Below, piece after piece: positions 59,294-64,000 of a stretch of DNA of 64,000 nt. Position 1 is the first letter of the stretch, and every line of letters begins with the position of its first letter. This DNA comes from Phycisphaerae bacterium (GTDB lineage: Bacteria > Planctomycetota > Phycisphaerae > JAAYCJ01): the NCBI GenBank assembly GCA_041658725.1, contig JBAZZQ010000004.1:3437-67436 (forward strand). The letters are read 5' to 3'. Made by a program: the position numbers and the translations under genes. The notes below the pieces were generated by a model. That model had not been told where the DNA came from, searched no databases, and was given only the letters and a program-made list of their open reading frames with translations.

Positions 59294-59336
59294 GAGGACT
59301 TGTTTTAAATGCGATTAAAAGGGTATATTATAGAGT

Positions 59337-59657
59337 ATGAGTGATAAAGTGCGGGAAATCCTGAAGGAACTGCGTCATCGCTTGGAGGTCCTCTATGGAT
59401 CGCGACTTGTTCAGCTTGTCCTCTACGGTTCTCAGGCTCGCGGCGACGACGAAGCGGGTTCTGACATCGACGTCTTGGTGGTCCTGAAGGGACCGGTTTC
59501 GCCCTGTGAAGAGATTAACCGTGTCAGTGAACTTAAGGCAAAACTTTGCTTGGATTACGAAGAGGTCATAAGCTGTATCTTCATGGACGAAGAATTTTTT
59601 ACTAACCGACAAGGTCCGCTTCTTCGAAATATCCGTAGAGAAGGAATACCTGTATGA
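59337..59657 (+). CDS. Nucleotidyltransferase-domain antitoxin (MNT-like)
   Basis: It carries the LYGSQARGDDEAGSDIDVLVV motif. Confidence 0.8.
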   Translation: MSDKVREILKELRHRLEVLYGSRLVQLVLYGSQARGDDEAGSDIDVLVVLKGPVSPCEEINRVSELKAKLCLDYEEVISCIFMDEEFFTNRQGPLLRNIRREGIPV

Positions 59658-60077
59658 CCAACGACCAGGAAGATCTTCTTTTGGAAGCCCGAGATAGTTT
59701 GTCGGCGGCAAAAGTGCTTTTGGAGAATGGGTATCCGGGATATTCGGCATCCCGTGCCTATTATTGTATGTTTTATATCGCGGAGGCTTTTTTGGAAGGC
59801 GAAGGTCTTGCCTATTCCAAACATTCCGCGGTAATATCCAGCCTTTGGCAATACTTTTGCTCGCCCCGGCAGAGTTCCGACCGAATTTCATCAATTTTTA
59901 TCGAAAGCCCAAGATTTACGCCATGCGGGGGATTACGGTAGCCGCGGCGCGGTCAATTATGAGCATGCTCGTGAACAGATTCGCCGGGCGGAAGAATTTT
60001 TAAAACTTAGCGAGCGGTTGATCGGTCCTTTGCCGAAAGATGAGCATGAAAACAACACCGGAAATACAACGGAATAA
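59654..60077 (+). pseudogene. HEPN-domain toxin gene interrupted by a +1 frameshift near 59835-59843
   Basis: Frame A reads MTNDQEDLLLEARDSL...AYSKHSAVIS. The HEPN consensus then continues in the next frame as AFGNTFARPGRVPTEFHQFLSKAQDLRHAGDYG...EQIRRAEEFL, ending at TAA 60075-60077. Confidence 0.7.
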
Positions 60078-60107
60078 CGTTCGATGTCGCTTCTACCGGC
60101 TACGTCT

Positions 60108-61139
60108 TCAGAATTGCTGCAAAAACCGCATATCGTTTTCGGTAAACAAACGGATATCCTTGATTTGATGTTTTCCCATCGTCATTCGCTCGATGCCGAA
60201 CCCGAACGCAAATCCGCTGTAGATTTCCGTATCATAACCGACTGCCTGCAGCACGTTCGGATCGACCATTCCGCACCCACCGATTTCCTTCCATCCGCTG
60301 TTGCCGCAACTATTACAGCCGCGTCCTCCGCAAATCATGCACGTGATATCGATCTCGGCGGAGGGTTCCGTAAACGGAAAATAACTCGGACGTAATCGCG
60401 TCTTGACATCCCGGCCGAAATAGGCTTTGGTGAATTGATCGATGGTGCTCTTGAGGTCGATCATCGAAACCCCGCGGTCCACATACAAACACTCGATCTG
60501 ATGAAACATCATGTGATGCGTGGCGTCGATGGTGTCCGGCCGGTACACTCTGCCGCAAGTTACGATTCGCACGGGCGGCTGGCGTTTTTCCATAATCCTG
60601 ATCTGGGCCGTCGATGTTTGCGAACGCAGAAGCATATTTTGGCCGACACCGCTGATATAAAAATTATCCAGGGGATCGCGGGCGGGATGTTCCAGCGGGA
60701 TATTCAATGCCTCGAAATTATGCCATTCGTCTTCGACTTCAGGGGCGTCAATGACTTCAAAACCCATCCGTCCGAAAATGTCTTCAAGCTCCCAGATCGT
60801 TTGCGTAAGCACATGAGGCCGTCCGGTCCGGGGGGCTGTACCCGGCAGCGTTACGTCAAACAGGGGACCGGAAGGGATGGCCTCGGTTCCCAGGACCGCC
60901 TGTTTTTCTTTCATCGCGGTTTCGATGGTGGCTGAGACGTGATTGATGATCTTGCCTATCGCCGCACGTTCCTGCGGGTCGGCTTTTCCGATCAAGGATT
61001 TTGTCTGAGTAACAAGCCCCTTTTTGCCGAAGTATTTTACCCGGTACTCTTCCAGGGCTTTTACATCGGAAATCGTTTCAAGTTCCGCAAGGGCCTGACT
61101 GGTCAGATTGTCCAACTCGACTTGATTGATCATGGGCAT
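60108..61139 (-). CDS. pheS: Phenylalanine--tRNA ligase alpha subunit
   Basis: The protein has HPARD, FPFTEPSAEIDI and GFAFGFGIERMTM. Confidence 0.93.
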   Translation of the reverse strand: MPMINQVELDNLTSQALAELETISDVKALEEYRVKYFGKKGLVTQTKSLIGKADPQERAAIGKIINHVSATIETAMKEKQAVLGTEAIPSGPLFDVTLPGTAPRTGRPHVLTQTIWELEDIFGRMGFEVIDAPEVEDEWHNFEALNIPLEHPARDPLDNFYISGVGQNMLLRSQTSTAQIRIMEKRQPPVRIVTCGRVYRPDTIDATHHMMFHQIECLYVDRGVSMIDLKSTIDQFTKAYFGRDVKTRLRPSYFPFTEPSAEIDITCMICGGRGCNSCGNSGWKEIGGCGMVDPNVLQAVGYDTEIYSGFAFGFGIERMTMGKHQIKDIRLFTENDMRFLQQF

Positions 61140-61146
61140 ATAGATT

Positions 61147-61509
61147 TTATGCGGGCACTAATTGCGCTTTCGCCTGCTCGACGATGGCGGAAAACGCTAC
61201 CGGGTCATGAAGAGCTATTTCCGAAAGCATTTTGCGGTTCAACTTGATCTCGGCCAGCCGAAGACCATGTATCAACCGGCTATAAGCGATCCCTTCGCTC
61301 AGGCACGCTCCGGATAATCGCGTGATCCACAGGGAACGATATTCGTTTTTCCTGGCTCGGCGATCCGCGCGGGCATAATTTCCGGCTCGGATGAGCGTTT
61401 CATTGGCGGAATGAAACGTCTTCGACCGTGTCATAAACGCTCCACGAGCCGCTTTTAACGTCCGTTTGATCCGTTTGTGCCGTGGAACCGCACTTGTTGT
61501 TCTTGGCAT
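61147..61509 (-). CDS. rplT: 50S ribosomal protein L20
   Basis: MPRTTSAVPRHKRIKRTLKAARG...LNRKMLSEIA is L20-like. It lies between rpmI and pheS. Confidence 0.92.
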   Translation of the reverse strand: MPRTTSAVPRHKRIKRTLKAARGAFMTRSKTFHSANETLIRAGNYARADRRARKNEYRSLWITRLSGACLSEGIAYSRLIHGLRLAEIKLNRKMLSEIALHDPVAFSAIVEQAKAQLVPA

Positions 61510-61557
61510 ATTCTTTTCCTTTCTTTAGCTGTCTGCTGTAAGCTGCTTGCTGTCAGC

Positions 61558-61761
61558 TTATTTTATCAATTGCATCTTGATCCGCTTGGTCAAATGATCC
61601 GGAACGGTGGCGCTGCGGCGTAATCGGCGAAGCCGTTTTCCAGATTTGTTCGAAAGAAGATGGCTTTTTCCACCTTTTTTACGAATAACCTTTCCTGTTC
61701 CCGTAACCTTTAGTCGCTTGGCGATCCCTTTGTGTGTCTTTCCTGAACAATGTGTTGGCAT
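61558..61761 (-). CDS. rpmI: 50S ribosomal protein L35
   Basis: It is a 67-aa basic protein with KTHKGIAKRLKVTGTGKV, immediately upstream of rplT. Confidence 0.85.
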   Translation of the reverse strand: MPTHCSGKTHKGIAKRLKVTGTGKVIRKKGGKSHLLSNKSGKRLRRLRRSATVPDHLTKRIKMQLIK

Positions 61762-61984
61762 ATCTGCGTCCTATTTTCGTATTCTATATGTACCTTCCCG
61801 TTTTTCAAACAGGGAACAAACCTCTAAATTTAACCGAAAACGGCTAATAATTTCAAGACATTATTTAGGATTTTATGTCTTTAATTGCAATAATATTCTT
61901 TTCGTGAATTAATCTGCAACGTTGTTCCTTATCGGATAAAGCATTATAATAGTCATAGGAGGTTGTTCAAACAACAAAAATAAT

Positions 61985-63457
61985 ATGCGGCTAGATACAT
62001 TTCAACAATTAAAGTTGGAACAAAAGCTCAAGCTGGCGCCGCGGATGATCCAGTCGATGGAAATTCTGCAGTTGCCTTTGGCCGCCCTTGAAGAGCGCCT
62101 GGCCCAGGAATTGGAAAAAAACCCCACGCTCGAAATGGCCGAGCCAGGTCAGACCCCCGAAGAATTGGGCGAGACTAAAACCACCGAGGACTCCGATACC
62201 GACCGCGATTTGGTCATTGATGCCGCCCATGACAATAAGGAAGATTTTAATCGCCTGGACAACATCGAGGACGCGATAGCCCCCGATGATTATTATGATC
62301 GACCGCGAATTTCCCGATCCAGCGGAGACGACGAAGACCCCAAGATGCAGGCCATCGCAAATACCGCCGCCCGGGATATTTCTCTCCATGAATTCTTAAC
62401 GTATCAGTGGGATATGGTCGAAATCGCACCCGCCATCCGCCAGGCCGGGGAAGCCATCATTAATCACATCGAACCCGACGGATATCTTAAAACACCTTTC
62501 GATCAACTCGCTGTCCTAAGCGATCTGCCTGGCGATCCTCCGCTCTGGGAAAGTGCCCTGCTGGAAGTTCAGCAGTTAGAACCCGCGGGTGTCGGGGCAC
62601 GGGACGCCCGTGAATGTTTGCTCCTTCAACTCGATGCCCTCGCCGAAGATCGGCCCATTGAGCGGAACATCATCACCAACTATTTTACCGAAGTGCAAAA
62701 TCAGCACTTTCAAAAAGTCATTAAACAGACCGGCTACTCTATCGAACAAATCAAGTCGGCGGTGGAATTTATCAAAACGCGATTGGTCCTTCATCCGGGC
62801 TTATCCATTGGTTCGGCCCCAGTCGCCCACATCGTGCCCGACGTTATTTTGGAATACGATGAAGACGGCACGACGTTCAAAGTGATCGTTCCCGACCACG
62901 GTTTGCCTCGATTATACGTTTCCGGTCATTATCGAAAAATGCTCATGGACCCCGGCGTGGACGTCAACACCCGCCGGTTTATCAAAAACAACATCCAAGC
63001 CGCCCACTGGATCATCGACGCCGTCGAACAGCGGCGGGAAACCCTACGCAAGGTCGCGCAGGTCATTGTCGATGCCCAGCGGGAATTTCTCGAAAACGGT
63101 CCCAAATTCTTGAAACCCCTGCCCATGGCCCAGGTTGCCGATAAGGTCGGAATCCACGTCGCGACCGTTTCCCGCGCCGTTTCAGAAAAATACATTTTGA
63201 CTCCGCGCGGCATGTATCCGCTTCGGTCCTTCTTCATCGGCGGAACCGAAACCGATTCCGGCGAATCCGTTAGTTGGGATACTGTGCGGGTCAAAATCCA
63301 GGAATTGATCAACGCCGAGGAAAAGACCAACCCTCTTGCCGACGACGAGATCATCAAGCGATTAAAAAACGAAGGAATCACCCTCGCCCGCCGCACCGTC
63401 GCAAAATACCGTAAAACCCTCGGCATTCCCTCCTCCCACAAACGCCGTGAAAAATAA
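61985..63457 (+). CDS. rpoN: RNA polymerase sigma-54 factor
   Basis: The N-terminus is LKLEQKLKLAPRMIQSMEILQLPLAALEERL. The C-terminus has the HTH and RpoN box ARRTVAKYR. Confidence 0.93.
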   Translation: MRLDTFQQLKLEQKLKLAPRMIQSMEILQLPLAALEERLAQELEKNPTLEMAEPGQTPEELGETKTTEDSDTDRDLVIDAAHDNKEDFNRLDNIEDAIAPDDYYDRPRISRSSGDDEDPKMQAIANTAARDISLHEFLTYQWDMVEIAPAIRQAGEAIINHIEPDGYLKTPFDQLAVLSDLPGDPPLWESALLEVQQLEPAGVGARDARECLLLQLDALAEDRPIERNIITNYFTEVQNQHFQKVIKQTGYSIEQIKSAVEFIKTRLVLHPGLSIGSAPVAHIVPDVILEYDEDGTTFKVIVPDHGLPRLYVSGHYRKMLMDPGVDVNTRRFIKNNIQAAHWIIDAVEQRRETLRKVAQVIVDAQREFLENGPKFLKPLPMAQVADKVGIHVATVSRAVSEKYILTPRGMYPLRSFFIGGTETDSGESVSWDTVRVKIQELINAEEKTNPLADDEIIKRLKNEGITLARRTVAKYRKTLGIPSSHKRREK

Positions 63458-63741
63458 GACATTCCGGATGAATTGTATTACGAGACGCGACCGTGAGGGA
63501 GCGAGCATTTGAAATCACGCATTGCAGGAATGAAACGAATGAGAAGATTCTTAAACCGCCAAGATGCCAAGTTCGCCAAGAGAAGAAGCAACGTTCGATT
63601 CTCAATATCCGATTTCCAAGTAAAGAAGGAAAGACCTGCTGCCTGGTTCCTTACTTGAGCATTGAAATTTGAGTACTGAACATTGATCATTCCGCATGGC
63701 GACCTTGTGTGGCTGCCCGTTGAATATTTTCATCGTGAAAA

Positions 63742-63768
63742 GAACCCCCGATTACCATCGGGGGCTAG
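63742..63768. repeat. Dispersed hairpin repeat (copy 4 of 4)
   Basis: gaacccccgattaccatcgggggctag is identical to the 9135 copy. Confidence 0.85.
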
Positions 63769-63776
63769 TTAGTATT

Positions 63777-63992
63777 TTATTCGCTATTCACATTTCCCGC
63801 CGGCTGCAGGCTTCGCAGATAATTCGTAAATCGAGCCAGTCGCAGCAGTGTATCTTGTCCACGCGGACTATGATCCAGCGACAGGAATTGCAATCCGTAT
63901 CGATATTGATTCGTATCTGAAATCGCCTGAACTCTCCTAGCCTGGGCCTGAACCAGAACCGGCTGTTCCGGTTGGGGCAGATCGATCTCCAT
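63777..63992 (-). CDS. C-terminal part of a possible PilZ-domain protein (may extend beyond the window edge)
   Basis: ...ARRVQAISDTNQYRYGLQFLSLD resembles the C-terminal strand pattern of PilZ domains. The frame stays open up to nt 64000. Confidence 0.3.
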   Translation of the reverse strand: MEIDLPQPEQPVLVQAQARRVQAISDTNQYRYGLQFLSLDHSPRGQDTLLRLARFTNYLRSLQPAGNVNSE

Positions 63993-64000
63993 AAGGTAAC

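Overview
This is a 64-kb chromosomal window, probably from a Planctomycetota-like bacterium. That assignment rests on 16S signatures read by eye (GGCTGCAG in the EUB338 region, GGGGCTCACACAAGCGG) and was not checked against a database.

Most of the window is ordinary housekeeping sequence:
- Chaperones: groEL 3' end, dnaJ, grpE.
- Replication, translation and transcription: polX, pheS-rplT-rpmI, rpoN, tex, and an ECF sigma/anti-sigma pair.
- Metabolism: ispG, gdhA, kdsC, a ROK glucokinase, and ThuA with a Gfo/Idh/MocA oxidoreductase.
- Transport and signalling: two sugar ABC permeases, a PhoR/PhoB-like two-component pair, TauE/DUF1634, an APC permease and an MFS transporter.

A complete 16S rRNA gene (43711-45283) has its own leader (candidate promoters, a boxA-like site), a flanking processing stem and a rho-independent terminator. 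No ITS tRNA or 23S follows it, so it is an unlinked 16S.

Directly 3' of the 16S is a visibly AT-richer accessory island (about 45.5-54 kb). It holds two unannotated proteins carrying Rx4H (HEPN-type) motifs, an MNT/HepT pair, and a small-ORF plus nucleotidyltransferase pair. Converging on these is a tightly coupled five-gene minus-strand operon. That operon encodes a zinc-ribbon small GTPase, a possibly GAP1-like partner, a cysteine-less FGE/SUMF1-fold protein, a coiled-coil protein and a small low-complexity protein. Just upstream of it lies a histidine-kinase-like ATPase with no phospho-acceptor histidine. I consider this operon the best candidate for an undescribed NTP-dependent conflict or sensing system.

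Other accessory content:
- Three more toxin-antitoxin modules: DUF4258/YgiT, Phd/RelE, and an MNT/HEPN pair whose HEPN gene is frameshifted.
- A HExxH metallopeptidase gene bracketed by about 116-bp inverted repeats and about 39-bp direct repeats.
- An AT-rich islet with a HEPN-like protein and a secreted trypsin-TPR protease.
- Several dispersed intergenic repeat families.

I found no CRISPR array, tRNA, transposase or integrase. All functional calls come from motif recognition by eye in the supplied translations; no searches were run.
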